64,000 nt of DNA from assembly GCA_001823065.1 (NCBI GenBank), contig MHTJ01000003.1, positions 9,844-73,843 on the forward strand, read 5' to 3'. This document shows, piece by piece, positions 48,509 to 57,789 of the stretch. The position numbers were made by a program, and so were the translations under genes. The notes under the pieces were generated by a model. That model ran no database searches. It saw only the letters and a list, made by a program, of their open reading frames with translations, and was not told where the DNA came from. Within the stretch, counting starts at the first letter, position 1. Each line of letters begins with the position of its first letter. Source of the DNA: Candidatus Vogelbacteria bacterium RIFOXYD1_FULL_44_32 (GTDB lineage Bacteria > Patescibacteriota > Minisyncoccia > Phycocordibacterales > XYD1-FULL-46-19).

Positions 48509-49026
48509 CGAAGCCCAATTTTTTGAGAGTTAAAGTAAAAACCGTTCTTGCTTAAAAAATTCCTGCTCTTCCTAGTTCTCCAATGACTCCTTTTAGATAG
48601 CTCAGCGAAGTCTGACCTCAAATGGGTAAGTTGTTGGGGGTAGCTTTTTAGGTATTGTGAGGGTAATTTAGAAGAATAAAGTTTAAAGGACAGGTATTTC
48701 TATCGGACATTTAGGAGGGGAGAAAGTAAAACAGGGGGTTTTTAGGTGGTGGGGGAGTAAAGATGGGGTCAGTTTTTAGACAAACTAAATCTTAAAAAAT
48801 ATATATTTAGACGTAATAAAAAATTTATAAACCAGCCAATAATCTTTTCCTTGACAAGTGGGCTCTAAAGTAGTAGTAATTTCAGGGTAGATAGATCTTT
48901 CCCACCTGTTTCTTTGTAGAAATTGCGGTGGGTTCAACTCAGGTGAAAGTTTGTCTTTCACTCAGTGCTCAATTTAAATTATAAATCTCACTTTGTCCTA
49001 AACGAGGCTCTAACTCGTCGTTTTTT

Positions 49027-51204
49027 GTGTATATGTTCAAAAGTATCCTAAAGACCAATAAAACAAAAATCTTCACTCTACTCCTAGTAGCGGTGGTAGT
49101 TTTTGGTGCCTTTGGTTTACCCCTGACCACTTATGCCGACGACGGTAGTGCTACCGCTTCAGTGGATTCAACCTCGACTGCGGACACTGGTGATACTGGT
49201 AGTACAGACACCGGCAGTGCGGATGCTAGTACCAGCGAAAGTGCTTCTGGTTCAGCTGATACTACTGCCACCGGCTCAACCGAAGAGCCAACGGGCACTG
49301 GAGAGGGTGTATCGGACACTGACCAGAGTGTATCGGACACAGATTCAACCACCACTTCCGGTGAGGGTGAGACTGGTACCAGTGACCAGAATACTGGCGA
49401 TACTCAAACTGGGGATAACTCTACAGGGGAAGAAGAAACCAGTGATACTGGCACGACCACTACTCCGATCTTGCCTGATACAGAAAACACTGATACTGGC
49501 ACGACTACGGAGCCGACCTTACCTGGAGATAATGGGACCACGACGGTTCCTGTGCTTCCTGAAGGGGGTGATACTGGTACGACCACCGTGGCGACTACTA
49601 CCGAGCCAGTGACTGGTGGTGAAGACCAAGATGAACTTCCTTTAGTAGAGGGATATCTTCCTCCGGCGGAAGATGTGTCAGGTGAATATGATATGACTAC
49701 ATCCGAGGACGATGGGTTGCCAGCGGTAGCTGAAGATGTTTCCGCTGAATACAACTTCACCACTCTATCGGACACTCTGCCAGCGGTGGAAGAGGAGGTC
49801 TCCCTCGAATACAATTTTAATACACTTGAATCAGGAGGGGGAACTCTAGCTGAAGATGTTTCCGCTGAGTACCACTTCACGACTCTATCGGACAATAATC
49901 CTCCAGTTGACGAGGAGTATTCCTTGGAGTACCACTTCACCACTCTATCGGACACAAATCCTCCAGTGGATGAGGAACACTCCAATGAATATTTCTTTAC
50001 GACATTGTCCGATACAAATCCTTCTAGCGAGGAGTTTTCTAATGAATACAATTTTACCACCGACGATGATGGTGGTACTAATCCACCAAATGAGGAATAT
50101 TCTAATGAGTACCAATTTGGAACTACTGGTGGGGGTGGAACAGAAACGGAAGAAGAATATTCCAATGAGTACAGCTTTACCACCGACGATGATGGTGGTA
50201 CTAATCCACCAAATGAGGAATATTCTAACGAGTACCAATTTGGAACTACTGGTGGGGGTGGAACAGAAACGGAAGAAGAATATTCCAATGAGTACAGCTT
50301 TACTACCGATAACGGTGGCTGTACCGAAAATTGTGGTGGCGGAGGTGGAGGCGGTGGTGGCGGAGGCGGGCATAATCACAAAAAGAATAAAGTTTTGCCT
50401 AGTCCGTGCATGCCACTACTCTTGAAATATATTCGCTTGGGGGCCAACAACGATCCGTATGAAGTTTACAAACTGCAGTGGTTCTTGCGGACTTTTGAAA
50501 ATATGGAAATACCTTTGTCCGGAGTGTATGACCAGACCACATATGAAGCAGTAAAAATATTCCAAGCGCGCCATGCGACAGATGTGCTCCACAGCTGGGG
50601 TATTACTGAGCCGACCGGCTATGTCTATATCACCACCCAACTGATGGTAAATTATATTTACTGTGATATTGACGAGCCACTGCGTCTAGAATTATTGCTC
50701 GAGGAACAAACGGGCACTGGTTTTGGTTATACTAAATTACCAAGTAAAGGTGATGGTCTAGACTATCTGGTCTATCCGCCAAAAACCGAGCGTACGGTGT
50801 TTGAAGGTATCACTCTTGATTTACCCGCCGAAGCAGACAAAAAAGTTGGTAATATTTTTCAACTAGCCACCGCCGGTTTTATGGATTGGCTTCAGGGTAC
50901 CGAAGGTAAGTATTGGTGGTGGTTGATTATTTTGCCGTTGGTAGTGGTTGCTGGTTATCTATATCGGCGATTGAAAGTTGAACAAACTGACAAAGAATTA
51001 GCCCAAGAGGCGCAGGCCACAATTTTGGAAGCCGACCGCGAAATGACCGCTGAACCAATTGTCGGAGCCGAGGCGGAGACACCACATAAAGAAGATGTGC
51101 CCGATGAAATTATTGCCGAATACAATGCGGCTAATGGCGGACACCAAGCTGGCCAAGAAGCCATAGTTTTGCCAGGCGAGAGTCTAGAGGACCGAGAGAG
51201 TTAA
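49027..51204 (+). CDS. secreted acidic repeat protein with a PG_binding_1-like peptidoglycan-binding domain, a single TM helix and a cytoplasmic tail
   Basis: It has a signal peptide, a Thr/Asp/Glu/Gly-rich region with ~19-aa repeats (EEYSNEYxFTTLSDTNPP), and a G12 tract. The PG-binding region reads YEVYKLQWFL...SGVYDQTTYEAVKIFQARH and the TM segment is WWWLIILPLVVVAGYLY. Confidence 0.75.
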   Translation: MYMFKSILKTNKTKIFTLLLVAVVVFGAFGLPLTTYADDGSATASVDSTSTADTGDTGSTDTGSADASTSESASGSADTTATGSTEEPTGTGEGVSDTDQSVSDTDSTTTSGEGETGTSDQNTGDTQTGDNSTGEEETSDTGTTTTPILPDTENTDTGTTTEPTLPGDNGTTTVPVLPEGGDTGTTTVATTTEPVTGGEDQDELPLVEGYLPPAEDVSGEYDMTTSEDDGLPAVAEDVSAEYNFTTLSDTLPAVEEEVSLEYNFNTLESGGGTLAEDVSAEYHFTTLSDNNPPVDEEYSLEYHFTTLSDTNPPVDEEHSNEYFFTTLSDTNPSSEEFSNEYNFTTDDDGGTNPPNEEYSNEYQFGTTGGGGTETEEEYSNEYSFTTDDDGGTNPPNEEYSNEYQFGTTGGGGTETEEEYSNEYSFTTDNGGCTENCGGGGGGGGGGGGHNHKKNKVLPSPCMPLLLKYIRLGANNDPYEVYKLQWFLRTFENMEIPLSGVYDQTTYEAVKIFQARHATDVLHSWGITEPTGYVYITTQLMVNYIYCDIDEPLRLELLLEEQTGTGFGYTKLPSKGDGLDYLVYPPKTERTVFEGITLDLPAEADKKVGNIFQLATAGFMDWLQGTEGKYWWWLIILPLVVVAGYLYRRLKVEQTDKELAQEAQATILEADREMTAEPIVGAEAETPHKEDVPDEIIAEYNAANGGHQAGQEAIVLPGESLEDRES
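50050..50289 (+). repeat. 2 x 120-bp near-perfect tandem repeat inside the 49027 gene
   Basis: NEYNFTTDDDGGTNPPNEEYSNEYQFGTTGGGGTETEEEYS is encoded twice, with only 1-2 nt differences. Confidence 0.8.
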
Positions 51205-51285
51205 ACGTTCGCTAATTTCTGTTGAAAATTTGCTCGGCTCGGGCTTTACTTTTTATTCTCGTGGAGTATAAAGGAGATAATCAAA

Positions 51286-54200
51286 ATGGTGTCTAACCAC
51301 TCTAAGCGGTATAAAGGCCGATATTCATTTCTAACTTACATCAAGCCAGCTTTCCTAGTGCTGGCTTTTTTATTCTTTTTCCAATTAATCACGCCAGTCG
51401 CCCTGGCTCAAGACGGGACGGTGGAGGAATCATTGCCGCTTCCTCCGGCAGAGGAGCCAGCACCCGTTCTTCCGCCGGCCGGAGGTAGTATCAGCGACCC
51501 CGAAGCTCCAGCCGAACTGGCAGCAGTTGCGGAGGAAGACAACCTAGTCGCTTTGTCACTTACTGTCACCAGTCGTTCGCCGGTAGACTTAGGCAAGCCA
51601 CCAGTGGGAACGGGCTTTAAAATTTCGGCCGACACCTCGGACGGCTCGCTGGCATATGAGTTTCCCCTGACTCTCCCTCCTGGCCGCCAGGGTTTGGCCC
51701 CGGAGCTGTCTTTGCTCTATTCTAGCCGTCCTACTAGCGCTACCTCTTTATTTGGTTACGGTTGGACGTTGTCGATTCCTTTTATCGAACGAAAAAATCT
51801 TCATGGTTCGGATCGGCTGTACGAGGAGACAGATTTCACTTCTTCCTTAAGTGGTGACTTGGTGGCCTTAGGCGGCGAGACCTATCGCGCCAAAGTTGAT
51901 GAGGGGGAGTTTCTGGTTTATGTTTTCCGCGATAATGCTTGGACAGTGACAGACAAAAGCGGCATGGTCTACCGCTTCGGCCAGACCGCCGCCGCCCGTC
52001 AGGATGATGCTGATCATCCGACCCACGTCTACAAATGGATGCTCGAGGAAGTTCGCGATCTAAACGGAAATTATGTTACCTATCGTTATGCCAAAGATTC
52101 CAACCAAATTTATCCGGAATCAATAACTTATACTCACCATGCTGATACGGCTGGTCTATATTCAATACGCTTCATCAAAACTCCACGTGATTATCCCGTC
52201 ACCTCTTGGGCGGCAGGTTTTAAAGTTGTCACCAATCATATTATAAGTGAAATAGTTGTTGAAGTCGGAGGAGGGTGGACGAGGAAGTATTCTTTCGCCT
52301 ATACCCAGCGAGACAACCAGAGTCGGTCATTGCTAACCTCAATCATCGAATGGGGAAATGACGGTTCAAAAATCATCTCTTTACCACCGACCACCTTTAC
52401 TTATCAAGTATCAGCTAAGGCCTGGGTTGAAAACAGCCGTTGGACTTTGCCAGTGTCTCTTGTCGGAGACAACTACGAAGACACGGGCGCGCGAATTGCC
52501 GACATTAATGGCGATGCTTTACCCGATATTATAACTAATAATAATGGCTCCTTTCTTAACACTGGTTACGGTGACTGGGACAGAGCCGGCCCCGAGTGGA
52601 CCCTGCCTGTGGCGTTGACGAAACCAGATGTGGTCCACCCTGGAAGTATGTTGATTGACGTTAATGGTGATGGATTGATTGATATTGCCCAAAGTCGGGA
52701 TGGTGATGAGGACCCGGATATTGTCTATTTTAATACTGGCCACGGCTGGGTGACATCGTCGACCACGGTTCCGGTCTATTTTGCGACGCGAAACGGCAGT
52801 GATAACGGAGTCCGGGTTGCCGACATTAATGGCGACGGTCTGCCTGATTTGTTGCGTTTTCATGCTGGCGACGGCGCATTGGGTAATCGTGTTTATATCA
52901 ATAATGGTTCCGGCTGGAGCGAAGATCGGTCCTGGGTTTTACCGGAGCCGACCCTTGCCGGCGACGGCCAGACTGATTTGGGCACGCGTTTTGGCGACGT
53001 TAATGGTGATGGCCTAGTCGATATCCTTCGCAAAGATGAAAGCGTTAGTAAAGTCTATTTCAATACTGGTCACGGTTGGGAACTGGCCTCTGCTTGGGTT
53101 ATTACCGCCGAGGAATTTATGAACGACGGTGGTGATCGAGGCACGCGAGTTTATGATGTCAATAGTGACGGATTTGACGATCTTGTGAATAGTCAGGCGC
53201 CAGGTGATGTTGGTGTTTATCTCAATACGGGTAGTCCTTCTAACGACTGGACTTTAGACATGAGCTGGCGTATTCCTTTCAGGTTGGTTGATTATCTTCG
53301 CGACGGGGGCCGTTACGTTGATCCGGGAACGCGGTTGGTGGATTTAAACGCTGACGGACTCCTGGACATACTTCAGTCACGATCAAGTGGCCCGAACCAG
53401 GTTTATTTTCAAGCTGGCCCACAGCCTGATCTCCTTCAGAGTGTGACATTTAGTCGGGGCGGTGGGGCGAACATTACCTATCTCTCCAGCACCTTTTATC
53501 ATCCAAATGGTCTTGGTCGTCTCAATCAAAAGTTGCCGTTTCCGATGATAACGGTTAGTACGATTACCGAGCACGATGGCCTCGGCGGTAGTGCCACTAC
53601 CGAATATAGTTATAAAAATGGCGAATATTATCACGAGAACATTCTTGACCGAAAATTTGCCGGCTTTGGCCAAGTGGAAAAAACCGATGCCATGGGCAAT
53701 ATTACTAAAACCTATTTTCACCAAGGTAATGATTCTGATTCTGGTCGCGGGGAATTTGAAGATCATTTTAGTAAAATTGGGCGAATTTATCGAGTAGAAA
53801 AATATGATTCAGCTGGCAATTTATTGACCCAAGAAATTAGTCGGTGGGGGAGGGTGGCCTTGGCTGTCAGCGCTGGCCTTGATCGATCTTTTGTTCCATT
53901 GTTAAACAATATAAAAATGACTTACGATGGCGACAATAGTCACCGTGATGTGGCTGAAGCCTATACTTATGATAATTTTGGTAATTTAGTTCGGGCCGAA
54001 AATTATGGTGAAGTGGTGGCTAGTGACGATGGAAGTTTTAGTGATCTGGGTTCTGATAAAACAACCAAGATTTTGAGTTATGTCACAAACTCAACAACGG
54101 GCATATTGGGGTTAGTAAGGATGGAAGAATTGAGAAATAACAATGGAGCCAATGTGGCGGTCAAAAAATATTATTATGATAATCTTCCCATTGGGGCAGT

Positions 54201-57192
54201 TCAACGGGGCAATTTAACCAAAACGGAAAGTTGGGTTGGGGGCACTAAATGGGTGACGACGGCCAATAGTTATGACAACCAGGGTTTACTTAAAACAAGT
54301 ACTGATGGGCGAGGATATTCCACCACTTATTTATACGACGAATTTGGCTTGTACCCTAGTACAATATCCAATTCTCTAGGGCAGGTCACGTCCTATCAAT
54401 ATGATTATGCTTCAGGGCAGGTCACTAAAGAAACTGACCCTAATGGTTTTGCTAAAATTAAAATATACGATGGGTTGGGGCGAGTGGTTACTGAAAAAGA
54501 GCAAACAGGTGGGGTGGCCGAGGTGGTGACAAAAGAAACATTTTATCGTGACGATATTGTACCTAAACTTATTCAGACCAAAAAATTTCTTCTCTTAAAT
54601 TTATCTAACGAGGTCTATAGTTATTTTGATGGTCTGGGTCGACTAGTCGAAGAGAGGACGCAAATGGAAAATGCCGGCGACTATGCTGTGACCTCGCTTA
54701 AATACAACCCAAAAGGAGAATTATTAGCTAAGACTTTGCCCTACCTGGAAACTGGTTCAAGTTATACTGCACCAACCTTTCCCGTTGGTCTTACCACTAA
54801 TTTTACTTACGACTCTCTTGGTCGGGCTAAAACGGTGAGTGATTCGCTGGGCACGACCAATTACTCTTACACCGATTGGGTGACTACAATTACCGACCCG
54901 CTTGGCAAAGTCAAAAAATATACGACCGACGCTTATGGCCGACTAATCTTGGTTGATGAGGGGTATGGCAAGGGCTTTTATCATACTCGGTATTATTATA
55001 GTCCCACGGGTAATTTAATCAGGATTATGGATGCACTGAATAATATCCGTGATTTTACTTATGATAACCTGGGGCGTCGTCTGTCGGCTCAAGACTTGCA
55101 TCAGTCGAGCGATACTAGTTTTGGTCTGTGGTCTTATACCTATGACGATAATAATAACCTGTTTTCCAGGAAAGATCCGCTCGGTCAAACTGTAAATTAT
55201 ACTTACGATGGCCTAAATCGGCCATTAATAGAAGACTATCTCGGTCGAGCCAATCCGGAGGTAAAATATACTTATGACAATTGTATAAATGGAGTGGGGC
55301 GCTTGTGTAAGGTGGCTATAGTTGGACTGTCTAAAAATTATCAATATACTCCGCGTGGTGAAGTACGGGTGGACAACAGAGTTTATAATCAAGCTTCTTA
55401 CACTACAGTCAATGCTTACGATTTAGCTGGCAATATAGTATCTATTCGTTTACCCGACAACAGTCAAATTATTTATGAATATAATTTAGTTGGAAAAGTT
55501 GAAAACATATCACGCCGTGATATTTTCAATAGCTCGGCCATTATCCCCGTTGTTTCCAATTTTGATTATAGCCCTCATGGCTTACCTGTTTATCAGCAAA
55601 ATGCTGATGGCATAAAAAATATATTTACCTATGACCCGACCAAAAGTTATCGTCTGCAGACAAAGACAACCAAAAAAGATAATATCAATTATCAATTAGT
55701 TAGTTATGAATATGATTCAGTTGGTAATATTACCAAACTCATTGATACCTCTCCTAACCTATTAGCCAAGACAGTTAGTTATACTTATGACGATCTCTAC
55801 CGACTGACCAAGGCCGTAGCGACCAACGCCAGTTCGACTTTATATTCCCAAGATTTTCTTTATGGCCCAACGGGGAACATTTTGAAAGGGTCGATGGGTA
55901 TATATGCTTACAGTGGTATCGATTTTACTTCACCTCAAGCTGTAACCTCAATTGCTTCTTCTACTTACAGCTATGATAAAAACGGCAATATGTTAACCGC
56001 CCCTAGCGCCACTTACGCTTGGGACTACAATAATCGCTTAGTTAAGAGTGTGGCCGGAACCACTACCACCACCTATGAATATGACAACGAAGGCCAACGA
56101 ATCTCTCAAAAAACTGGAGCCAGTGCTACACTGTATATTAGCCCCAACTACGATTTGACCGGTTCGGTCATTGATAAACATGTCTATGCTGGTGACCAGT
56201 TAGTCGCTACTCTCCGTACTCAAAACGGCACCACTAGCCCTTATTACACCCACTCCGACCACCTGTCCGGCACTAGTCTGGTAACTGACCAAAATAGTAA
56301 CGTGATGCAGAGCATAGACTATTTACCTTATGGTGCCAAAAGAATAAGTTCTGGAACGGATGTTTCTCAAAGAGAGTTCATTGGTCAAATTTATGATGAA
56401 TTGACTTCGCTAAGCTATCTGAATGCACGCTACTACGATGGGTCGAGAGGACAATTTCTTTCCCAAGATCCAATGTTTTGGCAACTTCCATCGACCTTGC
56501 TCGTAGATCCTCAACAGCTAAATTCTTATAGCTACGCAAGAAACAATCCTCTAATATATAAAGATCCACTAGGTCTATACAACATAAAAACTGGAGCTGT
56601 TGAAAAGGGTGATAATCTGTCTAAGATTAGAAATTTGATTAATGGGGCAAATGGAACAAGCTACTCTGTTTCTCAACTTGCGAAGCTAAATAATATATCA
56701 AATCCAGATCGTATTTATGTTGGTCAAACAATCAAACCGAATAACTTGGTCCCAGATATTACAAGATCCCTGAATAGTGTCAATCAATCACATGGAGTGC
56801 AAGCCCAGGGTCCGGTTGTTGCAGGTTCTGGTTCTACCAATTCTACTCCAGCGGCCAAGGGTATAGGGTCGGTTGAATTTGGATGGAATTTTAGGGAAGG
56901 AGGTAAATGGGATTTGAAGTCGCAGGGTTCAAATGTAGAAGGAGGAGTATTCTGCCAGAAGTCAGCTTGTGGAGGACAGAGAGCAACAAGTTATATTTAC
57001 AATTCTCAAGAAGTCTCGGGTGACGCACCAGGAAATATTCATTATGGTTATGTTGGCAAAAGAGCAGAGTATAGTGAAAGCACACTCTTATTCTTCGGTG
57101 GAGCAGTTCAAACTATTACACACCCAGGTCAATTTGGAGACCCTAGTTCTGACAAAACTTACATCATGCAGGGTTATGGGTTAAACTATTAA
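51286..57192 (+). CDS. RHS/YD-repeat polymorphic toxin with SpvB-like N-terminal domain and FG-GAP beta-propeller (Tc-toxin TcB-TcC-like fusion), C-terminal LysM plus unknown toxin domain
   Basis: Signal peptide; SpvB motif GSLAYEFPLTLPPGRQGLAPELSLLYSS; six DxNGDGxxD FG-GAP repeats; more than 20 YD repeats (YxYDxxGRL); RHS core end DPQQLNSYSYARNNPLIYKDPLGL; and then a LysM (GDNLSKIRNL...IYVGQTIKP) plus a ~110-aa Cys-containing domain. Confidence 0.9.
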   Translation: MVSNHSKRYKGRYSFLTYIKPAFLVLAFLFFFQLITPVALAQDGTVEESLPLPPAEEPAPVLPPAGGSISDPEAPAELAAVAEEDNLVALSLTVTSRSPVDLGKPPVGTGFKISADTSDGSLAYEFPLTLPPGRQGLAPELSLLYSSRPTSATSLFGYGWTLSIPFIERKNLHGSDRLYEETDFTSSLSGDLVALGGETYRAKVDEGEFLVYVFRDNAWTVTDKSGMVYRFGQTAAARQDDADHPTHVYKWMLEEVRDLNGNYVTYRYAKDSNQIYPESITYTHHADTAGLYSIRFIKTPRDYPVTSWAAGFKVVTNHIISEIVVEVGGGWTRKYSFAYTQRDNQSRSLLTSIIEWGNDGSKIISLPPTTFTYQVSAKAWVENSRWTLPVSLVGDNYEDTGARIADINGDALPDIITNNNGSFLNTGYGDWDRAGPEWTLPVALTKPDVVHPGSMLIDVNGDGLIDIAQSRDGDEDPDIVYFNTGHGWVTSSTTVPVYFATRNGSDNGVRVADINGDGLPDLLRFHAGDGALGNRVYINNGSGWSEDRSWVLPEPTLAGDGQTDLGTRFGDVNGDGLVDILRKDESVSKVYFNTGHGWELASAWVITAEEFMNDGGDRGTRVYDVNSDGFDDLVNSQAPGDVGVYLNTGSPSNDWTLDMSWRIPFRLVDYLRDGGRYVDPGTRLVDLNADGLLDILQSRSSGPNQVYFQAGPQPDLLQSVTFSRGGGANITYLSSTFYHPNGLGRLNQKLPFPMITVSTITEHDGLGGSATTEYSYKNGEYYHENILDRKFAGFGQVEKTDAMGNITKTYFHQGNDSDSGRGEFEDHFSKIGRIYRVEKYDSAGNLLTQEISRWGRVALAVSAGLDRSFVPLLNNIKMTYDGDNSHRDVAEAYTYDNFGNLVRAENYGEVVASDDGSFSDLGSDKTTKILSYVTNSTTGILGLVRMEELRNNNGANVAVKKYYYDNLPIGAVQRGNLTKTESWVGGTKWVTTANSYDNQGLLKTSTDGRGYSTTYLYDEFGLYPSTISNSLGQVTSYQYDYASGQVTKETDPNGFAKIKIYDGLGRVVTEKEQTGGVAEVVTKETFYRDDIVPKLIQTKKFLLLNLSNEVYSYFDGLGRLVEERTQMENAGDYAVTSLKYNPKGELLAKTLPYLETGSSYTAPTFPVGLTTNFTYDSLGRAKTVSDSLGTTNYSYTDWVTTITDPLGKVKKYTTDAYGRLILVDEGYGKGFYHTRYYYSPTGNLIRIMDALNNIRDFTYDNLGRRLSAQDLHQSSDTSFGLWSYTYDDNNNLFSRKDPLGQTVNYTYDGLNRPLIEDYLGRANPEVKYTYDNCINGVGRLCKVAIVGLSKNYQYTPRGEVRVDNRVYNQASYTTVNAYDLAGNIVSIRLPDNSQIIYEYNLVGKVENISRRDIFNSSAIIPVVSNFDYSPHGLPVYQQNADGIKNIFTYDPTKSYRLQTKTTKKDNINYQLVSYEYDSVGNITKLIDTSPNLLAKTVSYTYDDLYRLTKAVATNASSTLYSQDFLYGPTGNILKGSMGIYAYSGIDFTSPQAVTSIASSTYSYDKNGNMLTAPSATYAWDYNNRLVKSVAGTTTTTYEYDNEGQRISQKTGASATLYISPNYDLTGSVIDKHVYAGDQLVATLRTQNGTTSPYYTHSDHLSGTSLVTDQNSNVMQSIDYLPYGAKRISSGTDVSQREFIGQIYDELTSLSYLNARYYDGSRGQFLSQDPMFWQLPSTLLVDPQQLNSYSYARNNPLIYKDPLGLYNIKTGAVEKGDNLSKIRNLINGANGTSYSVSQLAKLNNISNPDRIYVGQTIKPNNLVPDITRSLNSVNQSHGVQAQGPVVAGSGSTNSTPAAKGIGSVEFGWNFREGGKWDLKSQGSNVEGGVFCQKSACGGQRATSYIYNSQEVSGDAPGNIHYGYVGKRAEYSESTLLFFGGAVQTITHPGQFGDPSSDKTYIMQGYGLNY
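52501..53375 (+). other. FG-GAP/integrin-like beta-propeller repeat region of the RHS protein
   Basis: Repeats DINGDALPDI, DVNGDGLIDI, DINGDGLPDL, DVNGDGLVDI, DVNSDGFDDL and DLNADGLLDI. Confidence 0.7.
56579..57189 (+). other. hypervariable C-terminal toxin module (CT1) downstream of the RHS DPLGL autoproteolysis motif; LysM at ~56590-56730
   Basis: Sequence similarity to the orphan copies stops exactly after YKDP(L/T)G. Confidence 0.7.
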
Positions 57193-57201
57193 TAAATTGA
57201 G

Positions 57202-57777
57202 ATGAAAAAATATTCATTCAAAAAAATAATTACTATTTTAGCTGTTGCACTAGTACTGGTAATTCTAATTTACTATATTCTTGGTGAGTTAGGAGGAAAT
57301 GCTTTCCGTATCCGAGCAGGTTTGTTGATTCATAAAGAAGAATTTAATGAATTTGTAGACAAGTTCCTTAATCAAAATTCTATAAAAAATATTCAAACGT
57401 CTGTTGGTTTCTTTAGCACTACGGAAAGTATAAATAGTTGTAGCCGCTATCCTGAAGAAGGCGATACACCTTGGACTTGTAGTGAGGGGGAATACCCAAA
57501 TATCGTATCAATAAATCTTGCGAGTATTAATGCAGTTTTAGAACATGAACATATCCCGAATGAAGAATACCAATACTTTGTTGATTTTATGGAAAGATAT
57601 AAATTCAACGGTGTGGGTAAGAATAATAATGACAGATCTGTCGAAATAGAAGATAAACTAAAAGGCTTGAGATATTACGAACAACAAAATTCAAGTAAGC
57701 TTACTGAAAATAATGAGTATCTTTTTGTTAAAAAAATTAATGAACATTGGTTTTACTATGTGAGAGATTGGAATTAG
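57202..57777 (+). CDS. putative cognate immunity protein for CT1 (N-terminal TM anchor)
   Basis: A small ORF 10 nt downstream of the toxin gene. Both position and size are typical of RHS immunity genes. Confidence 0.5.
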   Translation: MKKYSFKKIITILAVALVLVILIYYILGELGGNAFRIRAGLLIHKEEFNEFVDKFLNQNSIKNIQTSVGFFSTTESINSCSRYPEEGDTPWTCSEGEYPNIVSINLASINAVLEHEHIPNEEYQYFVDFMERYKFNGVGKNNNDRSVEIEDKLKGLRYYEQQNSSKLTENNEYLFVKKINEHWFYYVRDWN

Positions 57778-57789
57778 GATAAATAGAGA

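Noticed and set aside
51286-57192. Searched the window for a TcA-like injector partner of the Tc-like B-C fusion
   Set aside because: None of the neighbouring large ORFs (38526, 49027) shows TcA-like features (no ~2.5-kaa pore-forming or receptor-binding architecture recognisable). Absence is reported rather than a call.
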